DNA of 64,000 nucleotides from an uncultured Verrucomicrobiae bacterium (GCA_963828525.1 CAWHEP010000014.1:1-64000); one strand, 5' to 3'; shown: positions 22,046-32,744, counted from the stretch's first letter. Notes: generated by a model not told the origin, from the sequence alone. Numbers and translations: made by a program.

Positions 22046-24642
22046 TGCGCGGAGGCGGCTTTGATCCGTGTCTGGATCTGGTATTCGGGGAAGTGACTCT
22101 GAAGGTTATTCAGGACTTTGGCGGCTTCCAGCGCGCGCCCCTGTTTTTTTAAAGCATCGTAAGCCTTATCCAAAGCCCGTGGCGTGAGATCGGGTTCGTC
22201 GGGGAAAAGAAGCGCAATGCTTTGGAAGATCTTTCCAGCTTCATCGAAGCTCCCGCGGTCCATCTCAATGTCGCCTATGAGCATCCGTGCCTGGGCATTT
22301 AGCGAGCCCTCGGGTTGCAGCGCGAGAGCGCCATCGGCGGACTTTCGCGCCTCCTCGTACTTTTTCAAACCGAGTTGGGCGTATCCGAGCTCAATCAAAC
22401 CCGTTGCCCTTGGGATGGGCGCTGTTCCGGAAGCGGTCAAGTAACTGTTAAATGACTCGATGGCTTCCGCGTGTTTTTGCTGGCGCTCCTGCGCCCTGCC
22501 GAGCAGCAGCCAATCGTCGGGGATCGCTTCGGGAGCGCCACGAGCGGTGAGTTGGGCAAGATATTTCTCGCAACTGGGGAAGCTGTTCGCCTTAAAGAAA
22601 TCGTTTCCGAGACTTCTGAGGATCTCAGTGGGGATTTTGCCCTTCCCGCCATTATCGGTGTAGTAGTCCACTTCTCGCGCGAGGCGGTCGCGGTCCCCGA
22701 GATTGTAGCAGGAGGCGAGGATTTTCATGCTCGCCTTCTCAAGAAACTGCTCGCTGTCCATGCGGCGCGCGGCATCCAGCGGGCCGAGCGCGCCCTTGTA
22801 GTCTTTGGCTTCGTAGGCCGCCCAGCCTATGCAGTAGTTCGCGCGCGCGGCAGCGGGAGTCTTTGGATACTCCGAGAGCAACATCTGAAACGCCTCCGAC
22901 ATCCCTTTGTTATCCTCCTGCTGGCCAAGGAGTGTTGCTTTTTTCTCGATGGCAAACTCACGTTCGGGAGCTTTTGTGTAGCGTCGAATCAACTCATTGC
23001 AATCCTTCAGCGAGGAGGGGAGATCTTTTTCCTGTTCATAAGCCAGCGCCCGCTGGGCGAGGGCCTTGGGGATCAACTTGTTTTCCGAGTAATCGAAAAT
23101 GAAGTCCGAGAATGCCTTGATCGCTTTCTTTGTTTCGCGGATCTGCATGTCGCACCAACCGAGCTTGAACAGGGCGTCCGCTTTCAGATTGCCGGGCAGG
23201 GTTGATTCGTCCAACGCCTCGTAGAGCGGAGCGGCCTGCGCGAAGTCCTTTTTCTTGAAATAGTAGAATTCCGCCTTGAGAAGAGTGAGTTGATCCTTCT
23301 TTTCAGAGTCGGGGTTTTTGGCGAGGAATTTGTCGATCGCCTTCACGAGATCGGGATCGTCGGTGAGGTAGAGAGTCAGGAGCCGGTCGTAGCTGGCCTG
23401 CGCCGCGGTCGGGGATTCCGGGAAGTCCGTGATGATCTGCTCGTATATCTTGCGCGCCCCGGCTTGATTGCCCAGCTGCTTGCAAGCGCTTGCGGCAAGC
23501 AGCATGGCCTCCGGCTTTTCATCGGCTGAGAGGTCAGGGAGCGCGGCTTTATATGTCTCCAGAAAATCTTTATATTTGCCAGAGTTGTAATCGATGCGAA
23601 GCAGCCCGTATTGAGCGGCTTGTTTAAGGCCACCGATCTCGGGCATCTTTGCGGCCTTGCGAAGGTTGGCAGCCGCTTTATCCTGCTGGCCGAGATCAAT
23701 CTGGATCAAGCCTGCTTTTACCAGCGCCTCGGCTTTGGAAGCGCCCTTCGTTGTTTCCGCTATAATCGCCTCCAGTTGCTTGAGCGCCTCCGCTTTGATC
23801 CCGCCATCCAGATAAAGCTGCGCCAGTGAGAACCGGGCCATATCCCGGAAGGGATTGTTTTCCTTCGCCTCCAGCAGGCTTTCATATACTTCCCTCGCTT
23901 CGGCATCCTGGTGCAGGCTCGTGAGGGAACGCGCTTCGTAGAACTTCGCGGCGTTGACTACGGCGGGATCTTTTTCGCGCACGGAAGCCTGCCGGAAGTA
24001 AGGCAAAGCGTCGTCGTAGTTTTTCTCCTGGAAGTAGATGTCAGCGAGGCGGTACGCGGCGGGGCCGACGAAGTCACCTTCCCGGAAGGTGTTGAGAAGC
24101 GTGGTGTAACTCATCTTCGCGGAGTTCGAGTTACCGATCTTGTTGTAGCATTCGCCCAGCCTGAAGAGAGCGGTTTGCCGATCAGGCCCGTTGGCGTAGA
24201 TGCCCAGGTACCGCTCGTATTCCGGCGCGGCCAGATCGTAGAGCTTCCGCGCGTACAACCCGTTGGCGACATCCATCTGCGCCTTATCGGGATCGACATA
24301 GGCGCCGGGGCCGACGCGAATGTCTCCGGCTCCGGGGGGTTCATCGCCGGGTTCCACAACGGGCGCCGGGGGCGTGGTCGCAGGGGTCGCGACGGGGCGC
24401 GGTCGCGGAACAGGAGTGGTTCTCGCCCGAGGGGTGGCGACGGGGCGCGGCTTTGGGGTGGCAGCGGGTTTATCGAAGTCAAACGGGACGGCTCGCGGCG
24501 TGGGAGGCTCAGCCGGCGCGGGGGTAGCGTCGCTGGTGACAGGTTCCGCGCGACGCACCGGCACATCGCCGAAAAATTGTTGGGCGGGCAGCGAGGGGAC
24601 GAGCGTTATCCCCAGCAGGAAGAGCGTCGCGAAACGTCGCAC
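22042..24642 (-). CDS. Exported tetratricopeptide-repeat protein
   Basis: Signal peptide, Pro/Thr-rich linker, many TPRs (ALFRLGECY, ALFKLGWC); start set to GTG 24642. Confidence 0.85.
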   Translation of the reverse strand: MRRFATLFLLGITLVPSLPAQQFFGDVPVRRAEPVTSDATPAPAEPPTPRAVPFDFDKPAATPKPRPVATPRARTTPVPRPRPVATPATTPPAPVVEPGDEPPGAGDIRVGPGAYVDPDKAQMDVANGLYARKLYDLAAPEYERYLGIYANGPDRQTALFRLGECYNKIGNSNSAKMSYTTLLNTFREGDFVGPAAYRLADIYFQEKNYDDALPYFRQASVREKDPAVVNAAKFYEARSLTSLHQDAEAREVYESLLEAKENNPFRDMARFSLAQLYLDGGIKAEALKQLEAIIAETTKGASKAEALVKAGLIQIDLGQQDKAAANLRKAAKMPEIGGLKQAAQYGLLRIDYNSGKYKDFLETYKAALPDLSADEKPEAMLLAASACKQLGNQAGARKIYEQIITDFPESPTAAQASYDRLLTLYLTDDPDLVKAIDKFLAKNPDSEKKDQLTLLKAEFYYFKKKDFAQAAPLYEALDESTLPGNLKADALFKLGWCDMQIRETKKAIKAFSDFIFDYSENKLIPKALAQRALAYEQEKDLPSSLKDCNELIRRYTKAPEREFAIEKKATLLGQQEDNKGMSEAFQMLLSEYPKTPAAARANYCIGWAAYEAKDYKGALGPLDAARRMDSEQFLEKASMKILASCYNLGDRDRLAREVDYYTDNGGKGKIPTEILRSLGNDFFKANSFPSCEKYLAQLTARGAPEAIPDDWLLLGRAQERQQKHAEAIESFNSYLTASGTAPIPRATGLIELGYAQLGLKKYEEARKSADGALALQPEGSLNAQARMLIGDIEMDRGSFDEAGKIFQSIALLFPDEPDLTPRALDKAYDALKKQGRALEAAKVLNNLQSHFPEYQIQTRIKAASAQ

Positions 24643-24643
24643 G

Positions 24644-25063
24644 TCACTGAGGCTCCGCTCGTCCCGTCGCGAAGGCGATGTTATAGATGTTCGCCGCGCG
24701 GCACATATCGAGCACATCCACGATGTATTTATAGTTCACCTTTTGATCGCCGCGAAGAATGACCGCGTAATCCGGGTAAAGCTTCGCGAGTTGCCTGAGC
24801 TTATCGGCGAGATCGACGGGCGAAATCTGCTTGCGGTTCATCACGAGCGAGCCATCCGCGCGGATGTTGACGACAGTCTGATCCACATACGAGTCGGTGG
24901 GCTTTGCCTGCGTCGCGTTTGGCACCTTCACGTCGAGGTCATACTCGGTGAGAGCGAAGTTCCAGGTGACGATGAAAAACACGAGCAGCACCAGGAGGAT
25001 GTCCACCATGGGCGCGATCTGGAACCCGAAAATTTCGGGTTTGGCGCGTTGACGAAGGTTCAT
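24644..25063 (-). CDS. exbD: ExbD/TolR biopolymer transport protein
   Basis: QIAPMVDILLVLLVFFIVT; VILRGD...VDVLD. Confidence 0.9.
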   Translation of the reverse strand: MNLRQRAKPEIFGFQIAPMVDILLVLLVFFIVTWNFALTEYDLDVKVPNATQAKPTDSYVDQTVVNIRADGSLVMNRKQISPVDLADKLRQLAKLYPDYAVILRGDQKVNYKYIVDVLDMCRAANIYNIAFATGRAEPQ

Positions 25064-25076
25064 GCGTCCGGCGAAC

Positions 25077-25862
25077 TCAGAAGTCGTCGTCCGCCGCGAC
25101 GCGGGCGGTCTGCTCGCGCTTTTTGTTGTAGGTCGCCGCCAGCATTCCCAGAAGGTGGGTGGAGGCAATTTCCAGATCGGAGATCAGACTCTGCACGCGC
25201 CCGCGGAAAAGGGCGTAAAATGCCATTGCCGTGATGCCTATGCACAGACCTGTGGCGGTCGCGACCAAGGCTTCGGAGACGCCTGCCGCGAGGAGCATCG
25301 GGCGGGGCGCTGTCGAGTTCTTCGCAAGGACGCCGAAGGAATGGATGATGCCGAAAACCGTGCCAAGCAAGCCGACCATGGGGGAGAGCATGCCGATATC
25401 GGCCAGGTACACGATGCGTTGCTGGAGAGAGGCGGCCTGGGCGCCTCCTTCCGTTTCCGCGATTTCGCGCACGATCGAAAAATCCGCGTTTGGGTTCTTC
25501 GTCAGGAAATCGAGGGAGCGCTGAAGCACGCGCGCAATGGATTCGCTATGGCGCGAGGAAATGGCGAGGAGCGCCAGGTAATCGCGCTTCTTGAGGAGCA
25601 CGTCGGCGGTGCTCATGAAGTGAGCGTTGACGACCGCCCCACGCCGGAGCGTGAAGACGTAAACAATGACGAGCATGACAGTCAGGATCGAAAGGAGGGC
25701 GAGGGGAATCATCGCCCAGCCGCCGGAGCTGACGAGCTTTAGCAGGGTGACGGCGGAGCTTCCAGCCGGGGCCGGAGTCGGCGAGGCTGCCGCATCCAAA
25801 TCCTGCGCCCACAACGAAGCTGAGGCGGCCCATGAAGCCAGCAAATAAACCGTTAATTTCAT
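25077..25862 (-). CDS. exbB: MotA/TolQ/ExbB proton channel protein
   Basis: SPMVGLLGTVFGIIHSF, GVSEALVATATGL. Confidence 0.9.
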   Translation of the reverse strand: MKLTVYLLASWAASASLWAQDLDAAASPTPAPAGSSAVTLLKLVSSGGWAMIPLALLSILTVMLVIVYVFTLRRGAVVNAHFMSTADVLLKKRDYLALLAISSRHSESIARVLQRSLDFLTKNPNADFSIVREIAETEGGAQAASLQQRIVYLADIGMLSPMVGLLGTVFGIIHSFGVLAKNSTAPRPMLLAAGVSEALVATATGLCIGITAMAFYALFRGRVQSLISDLEIASTHLLGMLAATYNKKREQTARVAADDDF

Positions 25863-25976
25863 TCCCTTAGGTGTGTATATTAGCTTTTGGCCCGGAGGAT
25901 GCAACCCCGGTGGCGAGTTGCAAGCCAGAACCATATGTTCCGGTAATCCCGTTCGTCGAACAACTTTATTAGAGCT

Positions 25977-27551
25977 GTGACCGCCGTTTTTCACACCGAG
26001 AAACCTGACCTGAGAAACAAGGTGCATGAGTTGCCGCACAAGCCGGGGGTCTATCTCATGCGGGACAGGCTGAACCGGGTCATCTACGTAGGCAAGGCTC
26101 GCAACTTGCGCAAGCGTGTCGGCCAATATTTCATGGCTTCGCGGAAGATGTCGGCGGACCTTAAAACCCGGGCGCTGCTTGAAAGCGTGTGGGATTTCGA
26201 CATCCACGTTGTGCGCAGCGAGCCGGAGGCGCTCCTGCTGGAGGGCAAGCTTATCAAGGAGTTCAGGCCCAGGTATAACATCAGTTTTCGGGACGATAAG
26301 CGGTTCCTGCTGGTGAAGGTGAATCTGAACGACGCCTTGCCGCGATTTATCCTCACGCGATTCAAGAAGGAGGATGGCGCCCGGTACTTCGGTCCATTCC
26401 CGCGCTCCGGGGCGCTGCGCACGACGCTGAACTGGATGAAGAAAAAGTTCGGGCTGCGGTCGTGCCGCCCTTTAATGCCGGGAGAAGCAGATTACAAACA
26501 CTGCATGGATCACATCATCCGGAACTGCGCGGCTCCCTGTGTCGGGAAGGTGACCGCGGAGGATTACCGCCAGCGGGTTCTGGAGGCCTGCGAATTTCTT
26601 GAAGGGCAATCGCACGAGATGACCGCCGCGATCGAAGCCGAGATGCGCAAGGCCGCGGAAAAGCTGGATTTCGAGCGGGCGGCGGAGTTGCGGAACATGC
26701 TCGAAGATCTCCGCCAGACCACGAAGCCGATGCGGCGATTCACGCGCCACTCCTTGCCCAGCGCCATTGATCCGCTTGCCGACCTGGAGATGCTGCGGGA
26801 CGCGTTGCAGCTGCATCACGTCCCAATTGTGATGGAGTGTTTCGATATCTCGAACATCTCGACCACCCATGTGGTGGCCTCGATGGTTTGTTTCAGGGAA
26901 GGAGTGCCGGACAAGAGCAATTACAGGCGGTATCGCATTCGGACAGTGGATGGTCAGGATGATTTCGCGAGCATCGCGGAGGTGGTGCGCCGGCGTTACT
27001 CACGCGTGCTCCTCGAAGCGCGGGCCGCTCTGCCGGAGGATGCCGAATTTTCGCAGGAAAACCCCGCCGAAACGCTTGAGCGGCTGGGGAAAACGGTCTT
27101 GCCCGCGCCCGTCCGGTTGCCGGACCTCATTATCGTGGATGGCGGAAAGGGGCAGTTGAGTTCGGCATGCAAGGAACTGCAAAGGCTCGGGTTGCACGAA
27201 CTGCCGATCATCGGGCTTGCAAAAGAGAACGAAGAAATTTACCGGCCCGGGCGTCCTTTTCCGCTCCAGCTCCCGGACGATTCCGGGGCCCTGCGGCTGC
27301 TTCAGCGGATTCGCGATGAAGCGCACCGGTTCGCCAATTCCTTCCACCAGTTGCTCATGAAACGAAGGATCGGGGAAAGCATCCTGAACGACTGTCCCGG
27401 GATCAGTGAGAACCGAAAACAACTGCTTCTCCGCCAATTCGGCTCAGTGGAACGAATTCGACGCGCCACGCCGGAGGACATAGCCGCGACTGTCGGGATC
27501 GGGCCGAGACTTGCCGAGCAGGTTGTGGATTACCTGCGGGAGCATCGGTGA
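25977..27551 (+). CDS. uvrC: Excinuclease ABC subunit C
   Basis: PGVYLM...IYVGKA GIY-YIG, ECFDISN, IIVDGGKGQL, RIRDEAHRFA, C-terminal HhH. Confidence 0.97.
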   Translation: MTAVFHTEKPDLRNKVHELPHKPGVYLMRDRLNRVIYVGKARNLRKRVGQYFMASRKMSADLKTRALLESVWDFDIHVVRSEPEALLLEGKLIKEFRPRYNISFRDDKRFLLVKVNLNDALPRFILTRFKKEDGARYFGPFPRSGALRTTLNWMKKKFGLRSCRPLMPGEADYKHCMDHIIRNCAAPCVGKVTAEDYRQRVLEACEFLEGQSHEMTAAIEAEMRKAAEKLDFERAAELRNMLEDLRQTTKPMRRFTRHSLPSAIDPLADLEMLRDALQLHHVPIVMECFDISNISTTHVVASMVCFREGVPDKSNYRRYRIRTVDGQDDFASIAEVVRRRYSRVLLEARAALPEDAEFSQENPAETLERLGKTVLPAPVRLPDLIIVDGGKGQLSSACKELQRLGLHELPIIGLAKENEEIYRPGRPFPLQLPDDSGALRLLQRIRDEAHRFANSFHQLLMKRRIGESILNDCPGISENRKQLLLRQFGSVERIRRATPEDIAATVGIGPRLAEQVVDYLREHR

Positions 27552-27649
27552 GGCGGGTGCTATTTCGGGTGCGCACGATCAATACTGGAGCCTTTTAATG
27601 CAAGAACAATCAACTTACTCGGAATTGCTGGTCATCGGTATCAACACAT

Positions 27650-28688
27650 ATGGGAAATCTCAGATTCATCTCCAAACTGCTTAATAAATGCACCGCTTTG
27701 TCTAGTGGAGGAGGCAAGACAGAATTGTCCCAGCAGGCGGGAGTAACGCTTGACCGGGTGGAGGAGGCGCGGCGTAAAGCTTTGGAGCATTACGCGCGGA
27801 TTGCCGCGGCAAAAGGAATAACGTTAGACTACACTTTAGACAGTCGACGCATAACGGTAACCAAAGGCCGGCAACGATTTGTGATCGCGGCAGAGCATTT
27901 TCTCTACGCTTATGATCTGATTAATCAGTTCGATTATTATTTTTCGTCCACGCAGCCCGAATTAAGAGATGATTTCGAGGTGACGGATTTTTCGAAACCA
28001 GGCTGGCACACAATGCGTAATACCGGTGAACGGTACGTATTTTACCTCGCTGGCGGAAGATCAAGGGGCGACCGACGACTACGTCAAATATCTCGCGCCC
28101 AGAGAAGGGGATATCGTCCTGGATATGGGAGCCTACTGTGGCCTCTCCGTCATTGCCTTCTCTCGATCGGTTGGTTCTTCTGGGAAGATATTCGCGTTCG
28201 AGGCAGATCCTAGAAATATCGAAGCCCTCCACCTGAACCTTGAGGAGAAGTCGATTAAAAATGTGGTCGTGGTACACAAGGCCGTTGCAGGGGAGGCTGG
28301 CCGCGTGCTCTTTTCATCCGAGGGGAACATGGGATCCGCGATAGTCGCGAGCGAAACCGAACGGGGTAAAACACTCCAAATTGAAGCTGTGACCTTACGC
28401 CACATTCTCGAGCAATATGGATTGGCGAGAGTTAATGCCGTGAAGCTGGATATCGAGGGGGCGGAATATGGCGTGTTGGAAAACAGCATTGACGTGATCG
28501 AGAAAATGAATGCGCGCTGGGCCGTCGAGCTTCATGCAGACCCTGTCACCTCAACACCGGTAAATGTTGAGCGTGTCAGAACCATCTTTGACCGATTAGG
28601 CTATGCAACAATGCTACAACAAGCCAGCGACTTTGCGGCAGCACCGACAATCTTCGCGTTTCCGCAGACTCATTTAGCTCGACCCTAA
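27650..28688 (+). CDS. FkbM family SAM methyltransferase; frameshift near 28035
   Basis: VLDMGAYCG, FAFEAD, VKLDIEGAEY. Confidence 0.85.
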
Positions 28689-28800
28689 AGGTTGTCTTTG
28701 GCAGAACTATAGTAGAATCGAGTTACTGCGAGTTCAGGTTCATTGCGGAGCCCCTCGGCGGATAGTCGCAGCGTTCCATCTCTCGCAGGCAGGCCGAAGA

Positions 28801-29841
28801 CTACGGCGCAAATTCCTGAAGCAGGCGCAGCTTCCGTAACGCGTTGCCTCCGTCAATGGCGGCGTTGGCGAGGTCCATGCCGCGCGGCAGGTCGCTCGCA
28901 AGGCCCGCAACTACAAATCCGGCGGCGGCGTTCAGGATTACGACGTCACGCTTTGGGCCGCGGATACTGCCATCCAGTATCCCGATTAGCATGCGGGCGT
29001 TTTCCTCTCTGTCGCCGCCCTGCAAGTCCCGGATTTCGGCTGGGGGAATGCCAAGTTCGGAGGGGGAGATGGAGAAGGCATCCGTGACCCCCTCCTGCGC
29101 CCGGATCACATCTGTGGGGCCGAGGCTGGATATTTCGTCCATGCCTTCACCGGCAGGACCCAACCCGTGGACTGCCCACGCGTGTTTACGCCCCAGCAAC
29201 CTAAGAGCCTCGGCTACATTTGCCAACACGCCGCGAGCAAATACGCCCACGAGTTGGTAGGCAGGCCGCGCGGGGTTCAACAAAGGGCCGAGCAGGTTGA
29301 ATATTGTGGTAACCCCCCGCGCTGCCAGTTTCTTGCGGAGCGGTCCGATGATCTTGAACGCGGGGTGATAGTGAGGGGCGAATATGAAGCCGATCCCTAT
29401 CCGTTCCATGGATTCGCGCAGCGCCGCCGGGGATGCTTCGATTTCAATGCCGAGCGCCTCGAGCACATCCGCGCCGCCGGAGCGCGAACTGATCCCGCGA
29501 TTGCCATGTTTCACCACGGCCGCGCCGCCCGCTGCCAGGACGAACACGCTCGTCGTCGAGACATTAAAGAGTTCCAAACGGTCACCGCCGGTGCCGCACA
29601 CATCGAGGATTGGTCCGGGAAGCCGCTGGGGCGATATTTGAGGATCTATCGCGCGCTTCAGCATCGAACGGGCAAAGGCGGCCATCTCGCATCCCGTCTC
29701 GCCCTTTGACCGAAGAGCCGTGAGGAAAGCGCCCTTGTCCGCTTCATCCGTCTGACTGGAAAGCAGCAACTCCACAGCAGCCTCCACTTGCTCGGCGGAG
29801 AGATGCCCGCCGGACTCCACATGGGCCGCGAGATCCCTCAC
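28801..29841 (-). CDS. trpD: Anthranilate phosphoribosyltransferase
   Basis: DVCGTGGD, FNVST, KHGNR, FNLLGPLLNP, MDEIS. Confidence 0.97.
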   Translation of the reverse strand: MRDLAAHVESGGHLSAEQVEAAVELLLSSQTDEADKGAFLTALRSKGETGCEMAAFARSMLKRAIDPQISPQRLPGPILDVCGTGGDRLELFNVSTTSVFVLAAGGAAVVKHGNRGISSRSGGADVLEALGIEIEASPAALRESMERIGIGFIFAPHYHPAFKIIGPLRKKLAARGVTTIFNLLGPLLNPARPAYQLVGVFARGVLANVAEALRLLGRKHAWAVHGLGPAGEGMDEISSLGPTDVIRAQEGVTDAFSISPSELGIPPAEIRDLQGGDREENARMLIGILDGSIRGPKRDVVILNAAAGFVVAGLASDLPRGMDLANAAIDGGNALRKLRLLQEFAP

Positions 29842-30942
29842 ATCCCGTGATGCTGGCGCGCGCTTACCAGGGCAACGATGTAGAGAACGAAAAGAATGAA
29901 CACGACGAGCATCGCGATCTTCGCCCAGCTAAGCGGATACTTGCCTCCGACGGCGCCTGTGTAGCCGTTGATGGCGGCTGGGTAGGCCTTCCCGCCGTAG
30001 TGATAAGTCAGATACCAGACGGGAGCGAGTATGTGTTTGAATGTCTGCGCGGAATAATCGGAGTTTACGTTGAGGTTTCGCTGTGTATCACCGGGCACCT
30101 GGCGCCCGCAAAGCGTCTGAAGTTCGGCATCCATCATCTGCCTGGAACGTTGCGCGGCGGCAAGGAGGTCAATCTGGTATTGCTCGACGACCCACCCGCT
30201 GAGATAACCCGCGTCATACGCTACCAGTTCATGGGTGGGGAATGGCTCAATCTTACGCAGCAAGTCGGGCGGCACTCCCTTGGACGCGGCCACCAGTTCA
30301 TCATCGAAAAAATGCTCAAGCGAACCTGAGACCGGCTCCCATCGCGTGCGCTGCACCTGGCGGGACTGCTGTTTGCCATCCGAGTCGTTATACGTACTCC
30401 GTCTCGTAATAGTGATACCCGGCATCAGCCGTCCACTGCGCGGATACCTGCGCGTCAAATGTCCAATAGGGCAGGTAGAACCCCTTTATGGAGTCCATCA
30501 TCGCGCTGGTCTTCAGTTTGCTGGGCGCGAACCGCCGCGCTCCATACCACTCGCGCATCTTATCGCGAGCCTGGCTCTCGCTGACCTTGAAGGGGAGCAG
30601 GCTTTCAGGGCGAATAGGCGCCGCGATCTGTTCGGCGGGAATGAGAGCGGTGGAACCGCAAAAGTCGCAACGCTGACCCACCTTGTTTGCGTCGAAGATT
30701 GTGATCGCCTGGCAACTCTGGCACTTCACGGAAACCTTCTCAGCATGCCAGTCCCGATCTTCCGCGGGGATGCTCCGCAGGGCTTCGGCGAGGTCCAGTT
30801 CCCGCACTTCTCCCTTTTCGGGAGCGAGGGGCGCCTCAGTGCCGCAGAACGGGCAGACCAGCGCCTGCTTGGAGGCGTCCCACCGCGCCTCCCCCCCGCA
30901 TGAAGGACATGCGAATCTGGAATGCGCAACGACTTCACTCAT
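29838..30942 (-). CDS. Multi-Zn-ribbon membrane-anchored protein (YdjG-like); frameshift near 30390
   Basis: CPSCG, CPFCG, CQSCQ, CDFCG; YLPYWTFDA; INGYTGAVGG plus C-terminal TM. Confidence 0.75.
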
Positions 30943-30974
30943 TCAGGTAATCCTTCTTTCCCGGGATTCCCGCG

Positions 30975-32045
30975 CTAGCTTTTCATGAACTCATCCAGAG
31001 CGGCCCGCGTGATGCGGTACGCCGAGCCGATCTTTTTCCCCTTCAGATCGCCAGCTTGCAGGCTTGCCATCACGTCCTCCTCGGTGACGTTCAGAGCCTT
31101 TGCAACATCCGCCGGGCTAAGCATTTCAGGCGAGGCGGCGGGAGGAGAAGCCGGTTGCGGCGCCGCTGCGCCTGGGGAAGCCGGTGTTTGCGTGTCGAGG
31201 GCTCCTTGCCGCGTCATCTGCTGCGCCATCGCGAGCCCCACAGCCATTTCGGTCGCTACCCCGCCCGCGCCGGATGTGCCAGTGGCCATCCCCTGACCCA
31301 TCTGGAACTTCACATAATCATTCAAGTTGCCCACGGCAGCCATGCTGGAACGTTTATCGATTGCCTGCTCGACTTCTGGCGGTACCGACACGTTTTCCAG
31401 GATGAAGCTGGTCATCTGAAGACCGTATTTCGCGGTGATTACCGGGTTGATGAGAGGCAGCAAGGCTTCGCCCACTTCCTGGTAGCGGGAGGCCACGTCG
31501 AGCACGGGAATCTTTGCCTGCGCCAGCGCTTCGCTGAAGAGGCTGACAATGCGGGAACGCATGGTGTCGGCGAACTCTTCAAGCCGGAAATGGTCATCGG
31601 TGCCCGCCACTTCCTTGAGGAAGAGCTTTGGGTCGGTGATATGGAAATCGAATGTTCCGAAGGCGCGCGCGCGGACGACCCCAAAATCGTTATCGCGCAA
31701 CATGATGGGGTTCGATGTTCCCCATTTGTTGCCGGTGAATAGGCGGGTGGTGACGTAATACACGTCGGCCTTGAAGGGAGATTCAAAACCGTATTTCCAG
31801 GACTCCAGCGCCGTGAGAACGGGTATGTTATCGGTGGTAAGTGTGTATTTGCCTGGAGCGAAGGTGTCGCCGAACTGCCCCAGATAGACGAATTGGGCGA
31901 TCTGAGATTCGCGCACGATAAGTTGAGCGCCGCGCATGATCGCCTTGTCGTTCTCCGGGTAACGGAAGGATAGAGTATCGCGGGAGTCATCCTGCCATTC
32001 GATGACCTCGATGAGCTGACCTTTGATGAAGTTTAAGAGACCCAT
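30975..32045 (-). CDS. SPFH-domain protein (YdjI-like) with C-terminal excisionase-type HTH
   Basis: IEVIEW, QLIVRESQ, FESPFKADVY, KWGTSNPI; C-terminal LSPADVAKALNV...LKGKKIGSAYRITRAAL. Confidence 0.8.
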   Translation of the reverse strand: MGLLNFIKGQLIEVIEWQDDSRDTLSFRYPENDKAIMRGAQLIVRESQIAQFVYLGQFGDTFAPGKYTLTTDNIPVLTALESWKYGFESPFKADVYYVTTRLFTGNKWGTSNPIMLRDNDFGVVRARAFGTFDFHITDPKLFLKEVAGTDDHFRLEEFADTMRSRIVSLFSEALAQAKIPVLDVASRYQEVGEALLPLINPVITAKYGLQMTSFILENVSVPPEVEQAIDKRSSMAAVGNLNDYVKFQMGQGMATGTSGAGGVATEMAVGLAMAQQMTRQGALDTQTPASPGAAAPQPASPPAASPEMLSPADVAKALNVTEEDVMASLQAGDLKGKKIGSAYRITRAALDEFMKS

Positions 32046-32114
32046 GGCTTTTGTATTTTGGAGGTGGTTTCGGCCACCGATTACGTGTTGGTGGCGGTGA
32101 CTAAGGTTCCATGT

Positions 32115-32744
32115 TTACACATCGCTGGTCTGCTGTGAAAGCTTGGATTTTGGAACTGTGATGAGAGGCTCGCGCAGGTAGATCGGCTCCAAATCTCCTG
32201 TCGCCGCTATCCCTCGTCCCCGTCTTTCAAGGGCGAGCAACCTCTCCGCGGATGGAAAAGTGACAAGGGCCCGATCAAGACCGGGCACAGGAGAGACTGA
32301 CAGGATTGGGAGTGACTCCGGCAATGAACCATCCGGAAGTAAATCGGAAAGCGGCAGCAAGTCCGGCCCTTCGGTGATGAGGCCATCGTCCACTCGCGCG
32401 CGGAAGTACGTCTGGCGGCGGGCATCTCCGACAACCAGGTAGCTCAACGCCTCCGTGTTCATCGCGACGATGGAGGGAATCCCGGCCACTTTGGTTGAGC
32501 CGGCAAGTTCGATGCCGATTGCCGCGGAGATCGCCACCCTCACGCCCGAGTAGGAGCCCGGTCCGAGACCCACGATCACGCGGTCGCACAGGCCCGTGAT
32601 CTTCAGGGCCCTCTCCAGCACCGGGAAAAGCGCCGCGCTCCGCCCACGCGGCGCCGTGAAGCTTTCGGAGAAAACCCGCTCTCCATCACGCATCGCGGCG
32701 ACGCTGCCAACGGCGCTTGAGCATTCTATGGCAAGAATCGTCAT
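32115..32744 (-). CDS. tsaB: tRNA threonylcarbamoyladenosine biosynthesis protein TsaB
   Basis: ILAIECS, GLGPGSYSGVRV, DARR, EPIYLR. Confidence 0.92.
   Translation of the reverse strand: MTILAIECSSAVGSVAAMRDGERVFSESFTAPRGRSAALFPVLERALKITGLCDRVIVGLGPGSYSGVRVAISAAIGIELAGSTKVAGIPSIVAMNTEALSYLVVGDARRQTYFRARVDDGLITEGPDLLPLSDLLPDGSLPESLPILSVSPVPGLDRALVTFPSAERLLALERRGRGIAATGDLEPIYLREPLITVPKSKLSQQTSDV

Noticed and set aside
22471..25742. Long plus-strand ORFs opposite TPR/exbD/exbB (e.g. 24320-25234, 23911-24762)
   Set aside because: Antisense open frames typical of high-GC genes, with no motifs.
30975..32045. Excisionase-like HTH or 'virion core protein' label as evidence of a prophage
   Set aside because: No phage genes nearby; the flanks are housekeeping genes.
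32060..32100. Alternative hairpins (ggtgg/ccacc) upstream of the SPFH gene
   Set aside because: Short stems expected by chance in GC-rich DNA; no U-tract or recognisable riboswitch.
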